Origin: Vicinamibacterales bacterium
GTDB taxonomy: Bacteria; Acidobacteriota; Vicinamibacteria; Vicinamibacterales; 2-12-FULL-66-21
Assembly (NCBI GenBank): GCA_036556425.1
Contig: DATBJJ010000103.1
Span: 67,574-131,573, forward strand
Direction: 5' to 3'
DNA: 64,000 bases
In this document: positions 26,975-36,216 of the stretch, piece by piece
Layout: each line of letters starts with the position of its first letter
Position numbering within the stretch: position 1 is the stretch's first letter
Made by a program: the position numbers and the translations under genes
The notes under the pieces: generated by a model
The model's database searches: none
What the model saw: only the letters and a program-made list of their open reading frames with translations
Told to the model about the DNA's origin: nothing

Positions 26975-29127
26975 TCGCGCGCGTCGGCTCGGCGCTCGTC
27001 ATCCTGACGATGGCTCTCGTCACCGCGGCGTGGCAGCGGCCGGATCGCACGCCATTCGGCTTCGTCGCCGCACGAGCGGACAAGCACGCGTCGCTCGAAC
27101 GCAACTTCCTCGAGCTTCCATCGGCCGATCGGATCACCGACGCACACCGCTTCCTCACGGACAAGCCGCACGTCGCGGGATCCGATCGCGATCGCGAGCT
27201 CGCCGAATGGACGCGCCAGCGCTTCATCGAGTTCGGCCTGGAGGACGTGGCAATCACCACGCACGAAGTGCTGCTGCCATGGCCCGAAGAAGTCAGCGTG
27301 GAGTTGACAGCGCCGAAGGCGTGGCGCGCATCGATGCGCGAGGATCCGATTCCCGGCGACGACTACACGCGTGCGAACGTTCGCGAGGTCGGGCTGCCGT
27401 ATCACGCGTATTCGGCGTCCGGCGAAGTGACCGCGCCGGTCATCTACGCGGGCAGCGGGAATCCGTCCGAGTACGACTGGCTCGCCTCGCGCGGCATCGA
27501 CGTGCGAGGCAAGATCGCGCTGGTCCGATACTCCGTTCCTTACAGCTATCGGGGATTCAAGGCGCTCACGGCGCAGAATCGCGGCGCGGCTGGGATCTTG
27601 ATCTACTCCGATCCGGCCGACGATGGATATGGGAAGGGCAAGGTGTATCCCGATGGTCCGTGGGGACCGGAGAGCCACATTCAGCGCGGCGGAGTCGTCT
27701 ACGACTTTCTCGTGCCGGGCGATCCGCTCACGCCTGGCTGGGCCTCGCTGCCGAACGCGCGCCGAATCCCCGCGTCCGAGGCCGTATCGCTTCCGCGCAT
27801 CATCAGCGCGCCGCTCTCGTACAAAGACGCGCGCGTCATCCTCGAATCGCTCGAGGGCGAGGAAGTTCCGAAGGAATGGCGCGGCGCCCTTCCAATTACG
27901 TATCGGACCGGGTCGGGATCGACGGTCGCTCGATTGAAAGTGCGCTCCGACGATCGCGTCAGACCGATCTGGACCGTCACCGCGATGATTCGTGGAAGCG
28001 AGCGGCCGGACGAGGTCGTCGTCGTGGGGAACCATCGGGATGCGTGGATCTACGGCGGCGTCGATCCGTCGAGCGGATCGGCCGCGTTGATGGAGCTGGC
28101 GCGGACGCTCGGTGTGTTGAAGCAACGCGGCTGGAGGCCGAAGCGATCGATTCTCTTCGCGAGCTGGGACGCGGAAGAATTCACGCTGACGTCGTCGACC
28201 GAATGGGGCGAACAGAACGAATCGTGGCTGCGCGCGAACGCGATCGCGTATCTCAACGTGGACAGCGCCGCGTCGGGACCCAACCTCGCGGTGTCGGCCG
28301 TCCCGGCGCTCAACCGCGTGATCGAGGAAGCGGCGCTGACGGTCCGCGATCCTGCATCGCGGCTCACGCTCGCGGCGCGCGCGCGGGATCGCGCGACCCG
28401 AGAACGCGGGGCGCTGCCGACCGGATCGGCAACCGACTTGATCGACAACCGTCTCGGCAGCGGATCCGACTACACGGTGTTCCTGAATTTCCTCGGCGTT
28501 CCGATCGCGGACCTCTCGTTCGACGGACCGTACGGCGTGTATCACTCGATCTACGACAATCACAACTGGGTCGCGCGCATCGGCGATCCCGGCTTCCGGT
28601 ATCACGTCGCGCTCGTGCAGTTATGGGGCCTCGTGACGCTGCGGCTCGCGGAGGCGGACGTCGTGCCGCTCGACTACGAGCCGTACGCCGCGCGGATTGG
28701 CGAGTTCGCGGCGGAAATCGAGAAACGTTGGCTGAACGCGCAGCACGATCCATCCTCGCCGGCAGCGGCGCGGATGCGCGACGTCGCGGCGGCAGCCGGC
28801 GAGATGCGCGCCGCGGCGGAGCGATTCAATCGCGAGCGGGACGCCGCCACGCGTGAGGGAGATGCCGCGCGCGCGCGCCGATTGAGTCAACAGCTGATCG
28901 CCGTCGAGCGGACGCTGGTCGATCCGGACGGAATCCCCGGGCGTCCCTGGTACCGTCACCTCATCTACGCGCCCAAATTCACCTACGCGCCTGAAGTCCT
29001 CCCAGGGATCGCCGAAGCGGTGGCGGCGGCGGATTTCGATCGCGCCGCCGGCCAGGCGGACCGTCTCGCCAGGGCGCTTCGCCGCGCGGCGGCAGCGCTC
29101 GACGGCGCCGTCATTCGGGATCCGTAA
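26971..29127 (+). CDS. M28-family peptidase of the glutamate carboxypeptidase II / transferrin-receptor-like type (PA domain plus dimerisation domain)
   Basis: N-terminal anchor, GNHRDAWIYGGVDPSSGSAAL, SWDAEEFTLTSSTEW, NVDSAA, YHSIYD and PWYRHLIYAP. ATG 26971 overlaps the upstream stop (ATGA). Confidence 0.85.
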   Translation: MIARVGSALVILTMALVTAAWQRPDRTPFGFVAARADKHASLERNFLELPSADRITDAHRFLTDKPHVAGSDRDRELAEWTRQRFIEFGLEDVAITTHEVLLPWPEEVSVELTAPKAWRASMREDPIPGDDYTRANVREVGLPYHAYSASGEVTAPVIYAGSGNPSEYDWLASRGIDVRGKIALVRYSVPYSYRGFKALTAQNRGAAGILIYSDPADDGYGKGKVYPDGPWGPESHIQRGGVVYDFLVPGDPLTPGWASLPNARRIPASEAVSLPRIISAPLSYKDARVILESLEGEEVPKEWRGALPITYRTGSGSTVARLKVRSDDRVRPIWTVTAMIRGSERPDEVVVVGNHRDAWIYGGVDPSSGSAALMELARTLGVLKQRGWRPKRSILFASWDAEEFTLTSSTEWGEQNESWLRANAIAYLNVDSAASGPNLAVSAVPALNRVIEEAALTVRDPASRLTLAARARDRATRERGALPTGSATDLIDNRLGSGSDYTVFLNFLGVPIADLSFDGPYGVYHSIYDNHNWVARIGDPGFRYHVALVQLWGLVTLRLAEADVVPLDYEPYAARIGEFAAEIEKRWLNAQHDPSSPAAARMRDVAAAAGEMRAAAERFNRERDAATREGDAARARRLSQQLIAVERTLVDPDGIPGRPWYRHLIYAPKFTYAPEVLPGIAEAVAAADFDRAAGQADRLARALRRAAAALDGAVIRDP

Positions 29128-29168
29128 CCGGGCGGAAAATTTCGAAAGTCCAAGCGGATCCGCGAGAT

Positions 29169-29184
29169 CGGGGCGCTGGCCCCG
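29169..29184 (+). terminator. GC hairpin CGGGGC-GCTG-GCCCCG downstream of the M28 gene; no U-tract
   Basis: Perfect 6-bp stem with a 4-nt loop, 42 nt after the TAA stop. Confidence 0.3.
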
Positions 29185-29228
29185 AGTAGGTCGCTTACAA
29201 TAGGCGCTCATTCTAAGCGGGGAGACCC

Positions 29229-31844
29229 ATGGATGCCAGCCAAGGTGCTCTCGAGTATCGCGCGCTGACTCTCGTCGTCCTTCTGCTTTCCTACGGCGCA
29301 GTCGGCGCGCGCCAGCCCGCCGTCCGCATGGCCGTACCCCTCCCCGTCCCTTCCGAACAGCTCGCGGATTCCTTCGAGATGGTGTCGATCGATCGCGGTC
29401 ACTTCGTGCTGAACATCATCCGCACGCTGTTCGCGACGGGCGTGACCGAAGGCGATCTCAAGCAGCGCGCGAAGCTCCGCGCGTTGATCGACGGCGCCAC
29501 GGGCGCGCGCGGCGAGGCCGTCCCGCTTCCGCTCGACGCGTCGATCTGGCGCGAGACGCTTCTGCAGCGCAACGTGCCGGACGATCAGATCATGGGAGCG
29601 ATCCTCGCCGATCGACGCACGGCCCTCCTCTATCACGGACTGGCCGGCCTCGACGACGACACGCTGGCGTGGCTCGGCCCGGAGCGTGAGACGCTGCAGC
29701 ACTTGCTGAAGCATGCGGGGGCGTTCGCGGTGTTTGGTCCGAGCGTGCGCGTGCAGGCGGGAAAGATTCGAGTCCCCGGAGGAGCGGACGCCGAACCGTT
29801 GTGGCAAGAGATCGTCGGCGCCGATCCTGCGCGTCCCGCGGCGTTCGTGCGGCGACTCTTCGGCGACGAGGAAGGCCAACTCGCGTGGTTCTACGACTCG
29901 ATGGCGCAGCTCGACGAGAACCGGCTGCGATTCGCGCTGGGATCCCGACTGCCGGCGAACTCGCGCGCCGACCGCGTCCGCGCGCTCCTCGATGTGTTCG
30001 AGAACGGCGGCAGCGAATGGCGTCCCGAGGTCCAACCGTTCACGCGGCGTCCGCTCGATCCGGCGCTGACGCTGGCGCTCCTCGACGTCAACGCCGACGG
30101 GACGCTCGCGGGACCGTCGCCGCGCGCGTTTTGGGAGCGCGTCTTCGACGACGAGGCCAAGCCGATCGCGGCCGCCCCTCGTGATCTCGGTGCCGATGCA
30201 ACACCCGTCGACGCCGCATGGCTGACGGCACGAATTCACCGCGTGCCGCTCGACGTCGGACGGCGGCGTCTCGAGGTGTTTCTCTTCGGCCAGCGCGTGT
30301 TTCGCGACGTGCAGACGCCGGACGCCGTCACCACGACGGCGTTGCGCGCGCACCTGGCCTTCCCGTCGCTCCTCTCGACGCTCGAGCGCGCGGGCGTCAG
30401 GTCCGCGCAAACGATGGTCGCGGCCGCCACACGCGCGGAGTCGCTCACGCAAATCGGCGACGACGATCGGCGCCGCGTCGCGATTCTGGAATTTCAAGCG
30501 GCCGTCGGAATCCTCGAGCGCATGAATCGGGCGGGCAGCCTCGTGCGCGCGCAGTTCGAGGTCATGATTGCCGACCTCTCGAAGATCGAGCCGTCGGGCA
30601 AAGGGTACGAGGGCAAGCTCGGCGCGTGGCTCAAACGGGAGTTGGAGCGGCGATCCCGCCAGATGGTGGACGAGACGGCGGATCTTCTCGAGGACACGCT
30701 GCTCGCGGCGATGGCGGGCGCGGACGCGCACGCCGCCGACAGCCGCGTGATCGAATGGGAGGGGCGCTCGTATCGCGTGAATCCGGCGCGCGCGGAGCTC
30801 CTGCGGCTGCGGCGCATCCGCGAGCGGCAAGGCGGACTCTCGCTGACCGCCGCGCTCGACGGCGTGGCCGCTGAAAAGCAGAAGAAACAGGATCGAACCG
30901 AGGCGGCGCTGTCGGACACGCTCGTCTCGATTCTTTACGCGGCGTATCTCGGCGACCCCGACGGTCCCGCGGTCGCCAGCGGCAACATCGCGGTCAAGCA
31001 CGATCTGGCCGTCTCGAGCACGCTCGGCTGGCGCGGCGCATGGCGTCTGCCGTCGGAGGGCCACACGGGTCGGGGATGGCGCGTATCGGGATCGCTTCTC
31101 GGCCTCGACGTTGCGCTCGCGCGCATGGCGCTCCGCCGTCTCGACTCGAACGTCATGCCGCCGGAGCCGCGCCTCGTTTCCGCCGAGCGGCAGACGGCGG
31201 CGCTGTCGGTCGCGCTGCTCAATCCAGCGGCCTTGAGCGATGCCGCGCGAGACGAGATCTCGGCCGCGCTCGGACGTGGGCGCGCGCGGCTCGCGGCGGT
31301 CGACGGCGATCGACAGGCGATCGATGCCATCGCGCGCGACGCCGGTTTGAGCGCGTGGCGACGTGAAGCGCTCGCGTGGACCGCGACGCACGATCGCGAC
31401 AACCTCGCCTCGCAGCTGTCGCTCGTCGAGACGATGTGGCTCGGCAAGCCAAAGACGTCCGAAGCGATCTCGCTCGACGGATGGGGCGCGGCGGTGCTCC
31501 CGCTCAACGGCTGCGTCTGTCTGGCGATGCCGCGCGCGGCTCCGTGGGAAGCGCTCATCGGACGTCCGTCGCTCGGCCTGCTCGCGACGCGCGGCGCCGA
31601 CGTCGCGATCCTCGTCGCGGATACCCTTGCGGCTCTGAAGATGCCGGCGGAAATCGCTCCCGGCGTGATCGCGTTCGCGATGCAGGAGGTCATGGATCAG
31701 GCGCGGCCGTCGCACTTCGACGACTGGTCCGAGTTCACCCGCGCCGCGCGCGCGGTGCCGCGCGGCATGCTCGTCGATTACATCGCCGCCCAGGCCGCGG
31801 GCGGTCCGCTGCTTCCCGCGCGATCCATGCACGATCGCCACTGA
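29229..31844 (+). CDS. Large (871 aa) protein of unknown function with an N-terminal signal or anchor
   Basis: High GC3 in this frame, balanced amino-acid composition, and RBS GGGGAG at 29219-29224. The antisense ORF 29208..31850 is Arg-rich and rejected. I recognise no motif. Confidence 0.75.
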   Translation: MDASQGALEYRALTLVVLLLSYGAVGARQPAVRMAVPLPVPSEQLADSFEMVSIDRGHFVLNIIRTLFATGVTEGDLKQRAKLRALIDGATGARGEAVPLPLDASIWRETLLQRNVPDDQIMGAILADRRTALLYHGLAGLDDDTLAWLGPERETLQHLLKHAGAFAVFGPSVRVQAGKIRVPGGADAEPLWQEIVGADPARPAAFVRRLFGDEEGQLAWFYDSMAQLDENRLRFALGSRLPANSRADRVRALLDVFENGGSEWRPEVQPFTRRPLDPALTLALLDVNADGTLAGPSPRAFWERVFDDEAKPIAAAPRDLGADATPVDAAWLTARIHRVPLDVGRRRLEVFLFGQRVFRDVQTPDAVTTTALRAHLAFPSLLSTLERAGVRSAQTMVAAATRAESLTQIGDDDRRRVAILEFQAAVGILERMNRAGSLVRAQFEVMIADLSKIEPSGKGYEGKLGAWLKRELERRSRQMVDETADLLEDTLLAAMAGADAHAADSRVIEWEGRSYRVNPARAELLRLRRIRERQGGLSLTAALDGVAAEKQKKQDRTEAALSDTLVSILYAAYLGDPDGPAVASGNIAVKHDLAVSSTLGWRGAWRLPSEGHTGRGWRVSGSLLGLDVALARMALRRLDSNVMPPEPRLVSAERQTAALSVALLNPAALSDAARDEISAALGRGRARLAAVDGDRQAIDAIARDAGLSAWRREALAWTATHDRDNLASQLSLVETMWLGKPKTSEAISLDGWGAAVLPLNGCVCLAMPRAAPWEALIGRPSLGLLATRGADVAILVADTLAALKMPAEIAPGVIAFAMQEVMDQARPSHFDDWSEFTRAARAVPRGMLVDYIAAQAAGGPLLPARSMHDRH

Positions 31845-31849
31845 TACCA

Positions 31850-33007
31850 ATGCCCGCGCCGCACCGGCGTCTGCTCGTGATCGCGATCGCGCTTGCCGCA
31901 GGCATCGTCGTGTCTGCGCAGCCGCAGCAGGCGGTCGCCGTCCGCATCACCTCGCCCGCCGACGATGCCTATTTGAGCGGGCTCGTGCGCCTGGTCGCGG
32001 TGATCGAGCCGCTCTCCGCGACGCGCAACGTCAAGGAAGTCGTTTTCTTCGCCGACGCGAAAAAGATCTGCACGGTCACGCGGCAGCCCTTTCAATGCGA
32101 GTGGGACGCCGGCGATCGCGTCGTCGAGCACACGATTCGCGTGACGGCGGAACTGGCGAAGGGCGAGCGCGTCGTCGCGACGGTGCACACGCGAGGCGTC
32201 AAGTTCGCGGAAGCAGTCGACGTCGACGTCGTGCAGCTCACGGCGGTCGTGACCGACGGCGGCCGCTTCGTCACCGGCCTGAAGCCGGAAGACTTCAAGG
32301 TCTACGACAACGATCGGCCGCAGCCGATCACGAGCTTCGAGTCGGAGAACATCAGCCTCGAGATGGTGGCGGCGCTCGACGTGAGCTCGAGCATGCGAGA
32401 AGCGCTGCCGCGCGTGAAGGAATCGGCGACGCGCTTCCTCGCCGGCCTGCGCGGCGGGGATCACGTCACGCTCCTCGCCTTCAACGACATCGTCTACACG
32501 CTCGCGCAGCGAACGCGCGATCAATCCGCGCGCGCGATGGCGATCGAACGCATGCGCGCGTGGGGCGGCACGGCGCTCTACGACGTCGTCGTGGATGCGT
32601 TGAGACGGTTGGAGCGCCAGACGGGGCGGCGATCGCTGCTCATCTTCAGCGACGGCGACGATCAGTCGAGCCATGCCACATTCGAAGCCGCAATGGCGCA
32701 CGCGGAAGGCAGCGAAGCCACGATCTACGCGATCGGACAGGGCCGCGCCGTTCGGACGCGCGATCTACAGGCCGTTCTGAGCAGGTTCGCCGAAGCCAGC
32801 GGCGGCCGCGCGTTCTTCACAGAGGACGTCGACAAGCTCGATAAGTTCTTCGAGGAGATCCTCGAGGATCTCAGCAACCAGTATCTGATCTCCTACTCGT
32901 ATCCGGACCCCGAGCGCGACGGCCAGTGGCACAAGGTGCGGCTCGAAGCGGCCGGCGGAAAGTATCAGGTCCGCGTGCGTCCGGGGTATCGGCTCATTCG
33001 AAACTGA
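31850..33007 (+). CDS. Secreted VWA-domain protein (acidobacterial VWFA-related type)
   Basis: Signal peptide, FKVYDNDRPQPITSFE, MIDAS DVSSS...GGTALYD...IFSDGDD, and a C-terminal NQYLISYSYPD...WHKVRLE pattern. Confidence 0.8.
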   Translation: MPAPHRRLLVIAIALAAGIVVSAQPQQAVAVRITSPADDAYLSGLVRLVAVIEPLSATRNVKEVVFFADAKKICTVTRQPFQCEWDAGDRVVEHTIRVTAELAKGERVVATVHTRGVKFAEAVDVDVVQLTAVVTDGGRFVTGLKPEDFKVYDNDRPQPITSFESENISLEMVAALDVSSSMREALPRVKESATRFLAGLRGGDHVTLLAFNDIVYTLAQRTRDQSARAMAIERMRAWGGTALYDVVVDALRRLERQTGRRSLLIFSDGDDQSSHATFEAAMAHAEGSEATIYAIGQGRAVRTRDLQAVLSRFAEASGGRAFFTEDVDKLDKFFEEILEDLSNQYLISYSYPDPERDGQWHKVRLEAAGGKYQVRVRPGYRLIRN

Positions 33008-33013
33008 TCCGCC

Positions 33014-35806
33014 ATGAGGCACCTGCGACCACTCGTCGTGATCGGGTTCGCGGCTGCGATCGCCATTCGCGCGGACGCCGCCGCGCGCGATCAGGATCCG
33101 CAACCGGCGCAGCCGCCGTCCACGTTTCGATCGGCGGTCGATCTCGTCGCCGTCGACGTCAACGTGATGGGCGACGGCAAGCCGGTCACGGGTCTTCGTG
33201 CGACCGACTTCATCCTGACGGTCGACGGCGCGCCACGCCGCATCTCGTCCGCGGAATACGTGTCCGCGGCGAGCGCTCCCAAGCCGGCGGCAGCGGATGC
33301 GCCGACCGGCCTGCCGACGTTCAGCGCGAACACGGTCGCCGGCGGACGCCTGATCCTCTTCGTCGTCGATCAAGGCAGCATCGGACCCGGTCGCGGACGC
33401 GCCGCCATGGAATCGGCGATTCGCTTCATTTCACAGCTCTCTCCCGCGGATCGGGTCGGCCTCATCACTATTCCGAGCATCGGATCGCAGATCGACTTCA
33501 CGAGCAATCACGCGCTCGTGCAGGCGGCGCTGCCGCGGCTGGTCGGTCAGGCGGAGACGTTTCCGACGAACTATCGCATCGGCGTGTCCGAAGCGCTCGC
33601 CGTGCAGCAAGCGGACCGCACCGTCACGGCGACGATGATCGAGCGCGAGTGCGCGGGCATCAAGGCTCCTGAAGAAATCGAGTTCTGCAGGACGCAGGTG
33701 TTGAGAGATGCGCTTGGCATCTACTCGCTCGTCAGCGAACGGACGCACAATTCGATCGGAGTGCTGCGGCAGCTGGTCGACCGTCTGAGCCAGACGTCGA
33801 TCCCCAAGACGATCGTCTACATCTCCGAGGGGCTCGTGATCGAGCGCATGGCCGATCTGACGTGGCTCGGTAGCGCGGCGTCGCGCGGCCGCGTGACGAT
33901 TCACGCGCTGCAGCTCGACGCGCCGACGGCCGACGCGTCGAGCGCGCGGGAGGCCGCGACGCCCGGCCGCGATCGAACGCTCGCGCGCGAGGGCCTCGAA
34001 TGGATCGCGGGCAGCACGCGCGGCGGCTTCTTCCAGTTCGCGTCGGCGGCGGATTCCGCGTTCAACCGCCTCGTACAGGAACTCTCGGGCTATTACCTCC
34101 TCAGCTTCGAGCCGGACGCCGGCGATCGCGACGGCAAGCCTCACAAGATCAAAGTGACGGCCCCGGGGAGGAATGTCGACATCCGAGCGCGCAGCGAGTT
34201 CACCGTCGATGCAGGCACCGCGCGCAAGACGGACGAAACCGCCCTCGCCGAGATGCTGAAGGCGCCGTTCCTTTCGAACGAGATCGGCTTGAAGCTGTCC
34301 GCGTTCACGATGCGCGATCCCGCCAGCGACAAACTGCGGATCCTGATGGCGACCGAGATCGATCGGACCGGCAATCCCGACGGCAAGCTGTCGCTCGCGT
34401 ATCTGCTCACCGACGACAAAGGCCGCATCCTCGCCAGCCAGATCGATCGCGAAATCAGGTCGCCGGTCGATCCGGCGAACGTTCAGACCTACACGGGATT
34501 CATCGTCAGCGAGGCGACCGGACCGCACGTACTCAGAGTCGCGGTGATCGACGACCGCGGACGACGAGGAAGCGTGGAGCACAACTTCCGTGCCGCGCTG
34601 ACGCCCGTCGGTCCGTATCGTGTGACCGACATGGTCGTCGCGGACGATCGCGCGACGCCCGGCACGATGACGCCCGTGCTCAGCGGCGAGTTCACCAACG
34701 GCATGGTGACCGGATTCATCGAGCTGTACGCCGATTCACCCGATGCGCTCAAGAGCGCGACGGTCGTCTTCGAGGTCGCGCAGAACGAGGGCGCGCGCGC
34801 GCTCGACGGTGCGGCGGGAAAAACTCAGCCGGCGTCGGCCGATTCGCCGAACAAGCGCGCGATCGAGGGATCGGTCCCAACGGCGCTCCTGCCTCCCGGC
34901 GACTACGTGATACGCGCTGTCGTCAGCGCGGACGGGCAGAAGCTGGGCCACGTCGCTCGATCCTTCCGCGTCGGACGAACGGTCGCGGCGACGAAGGCAA
35001 CGCCGGCCGTGGGACTCAAACCGCGATCGACCGTGCCGTTCACGTCGAAGATCGAACGCTTCGAGCGCGCGTCGGTGCTCACGCCGCAAGTCGTCGGGTT
35101 CTTCATGGAGCGCATGAACCTCTCGTCCCGCGGCGAGCCGAACGCGGCCACGACGATCGAGCACGCGCGCGCGGGACGATTCGACGAAGCGGTCCAGTCG
35201 CTCGCGGGGCGCACGGGATCGATCGCCGCGCCGTTCCTGGGCGGGCTTGCCTTGTACTCCAAGGGCGAGCTCGAGGCGGCGGCCGCGAAGTTCCGCGAAA
35301 CGCTGCGCCTCGATTCGGAGTTCTTTCCCGCGGCGTTCTATCTCGGATCGTGCTACGCCGCCGGCGGACGCGACCAGGAAGCCGTCGGCGCGTGGCAATT
35401 GTCGCTCGTCACGGAGAGCGAAGCGCCGTTCATCTTCACGCTGCTCGGCGATGCGCTGCTTCGTCTGCGCGATCCGCAGTCCGCGCTCGAGATCCTCAAG
35501 GAAGCGGAAGCGGAGTGGCCCGACAGCGAGGAAGTGCAGGTCCGCCTCGGATCCGCGTATGCAATGGCGGGCAAACGCGTCGAGGCTCTCGAAAAGCTCG
35601 AGCCATATCTCGACAAGCATCCGGAGGATCTCGAACGGCTCTTCGTGGCGCTGCGGACGTTGTATCAGGCGAAGTCGGATGGCAAGCCGGTGCGATCCGC
35701 GGATGCAGACCGCGACCTGTTCACGAAGCTGGCCGCGGCATACTCGGCCGGCAAGGGACCGCAGCTGCCAATCGTCGAGCAGTGGCTGCGCGCCATGGTG
35801 CGCTGA
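33014..35806 (+). CDS. Secreted VWA-like protein with a degenerate MIDAS, a long middle region and C-terminal TPR repeats
   Basis: Same N-terminal FRSAVDLVAVDV...DFILTVDG pattern. The MIDAS position reads DQGSI. SGYYLLSFEPD...PHKIKVT. TPR-like helices occupy the last ~200 aa. Confidence 0.75.
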   Translation: MRHLRPLVVIGFAAAIAIRADAAARDQDPQPAQPPSTFRSAVDLVAVDVNVMGDGKPVTGLRATDFILTVDGAPRRISSAEYVSAASAPKPAAADAPTGLPTFSANTVAGGRLILFVVDQGSIGPGRGRAAMESAIRFISQLSPADRVGLITIPSIGSQIDFTSNHALVQAALPRLVGQAETFPTNYRIGVSEALAVQQADRTVTATMIERECAGIKAPEEIEFCRTQVLRDALGIYSLVSERTHNSIGVLRQLVDRLSQTSIPKTIVYISEGLVIERMADLTWLGSAASRGRVTIHALQLDAPTADASSAREAATPGRDRTLAREGLEWIAGSTRGGFFQFASAADSAFNRLVQELSGYYLLSFEPDAGDRDGKPHKIKVTAPGRNVDIRARSEFTVDAGTARKTDETALAEMLKAPFLSNEIGLKLSAFTMRDPASDKLRILMATEIDRTGNPDGKLSLAYLLTDDKGRILASQIDREIRSPVDPANVQTYTGFIVSEATGPHVLRVAVIDDRGRRGSVEHNFRAALTPVGPYRVTDMVVADDRATPGTMTPVLSGEFTNGMVTGFIELYADSPDALKSATVVFEVAQNEGARALDGAAGKTQPASADSPNKRAIEGSVPTALLPPGDYVIRAVVSADGQKLGHVARSFRVGRTVAATKATPAVGLKPRSTVPFTSKIERFERASVLTPQVVGFFMERMNLSSRGEPNAATTIEHARAGRFDEAVQSLAGRTGSIAAPFLGGLALYSKGELEAAAAKFRETLRLDSEFFPAAFYLGSCYAAGGRDQEAVGAWQLSLVTESEAPFIFTLLGDALLRLRDPQSALEILKEAEAEWPDSEEVQVRLGSAYAMAGKRVEALEKLEPYLDKHPEDLERLFVALRTLYQAKSDGKPVRSADADRDLFTKLAAAYSAGKGPQLPIVEQWLRAMVR

Positions 35807-35820
35807 GTAAGGTGGGGAGC

Positions 35821-36050
35821 TTTGCCCATTTATTCAGGGCTAGCGGGACGTGGCAGTCTGGGGAGACACGGATCACGCGGATTAGACGGATCGCGCGGAT
35901 ACCTGATGTTTGGAAAGTCCGGATGGGGTCGTCGAGCGACCGGCAGGCTGGCGTGGCCAGCCTGGGAAGGGTCAACATGTGGGCGAGGAGATTCTCAGAT
36001 CCGCGAGATCCGCGTTCCCATCGACCTGCACTGAAGATTTTTTGGGCAAA
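35821..36050. other. Intergenic element with four nested perfect inverted repeats (rod-like fold); candidate structured RNA or repeat element
   Basis: TTTGCCCA 35821-28 pairs with TGGGCAAA 36043-50. ACGCGGAT 35875-82 pairs with ATCCGCGT 36008-15. CGCGGAT 35894-900 pairs with ATCCGCG 35999-36005. CAGGCTGG 35944-51 pairs with CCAGCCTG 35957-64. A 15-nt direct repeat ACGGATC(A/G)CGCGGAT lies at 35868-82 and 35886-900. Confidence 0.3.
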
Positions 36051-36055
36051 CCCAA

Positions 36056-36106
36056 GGTGGGGGCTGACCCCACCGCGATCGGCGGTTGGTTGGGGTCTGA
36101 CCCCAA
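36056..36106. repeat. Two copies of a REP-like hairpin, GGGG-NCTGA-CCCC
   Basis: GGTGGGG-GCTGA-CCCCACC at 36056-36074 and TTGGGG-TCTGA-CCCCAA at 36090-36106, in the same orientation. Confidence 0.45.
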
Positions 36107-36216
36107 TTCAACCCGACCCCCTTGGTCCGGGTCTAACCGGGCAGGAACTTCGCAGAAAGCGCAACGGTCGTCGGCGGAGACGGCTGCAGATTCTTACAGT
36201 TGCAGAGAGGTCGGTC

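Noticed and set aside
29157-29169. Identical 13-mer GATCCGCGAGATC in two intergenic regions (29157-29169 and 35997-36009)
   Set aside because: In a 64-kb GC-rich window, a single shared 13-mer built from common CG/GATC-rich words is within chance expectation. The flanks are not similar.
29208-31850. 880-aa minus-strand ORF, plus similar long ORFs such as 43552..47424 (-), 4935..7547 (+), 11696..13636 (-), 36133..38094 (-), 37808..39706 (-), 50888..53386 (+), and the 34000..36216 part of the 1309-aa ORF
   Set aside because: All are extremely Arg/Gly/Asp/Pro-rich with no recognisable motifs. They lie antisense or out of frame to ORFs that have clear family motifs and high GC3. They are typical shadow ORFs of GC-rich DNA.
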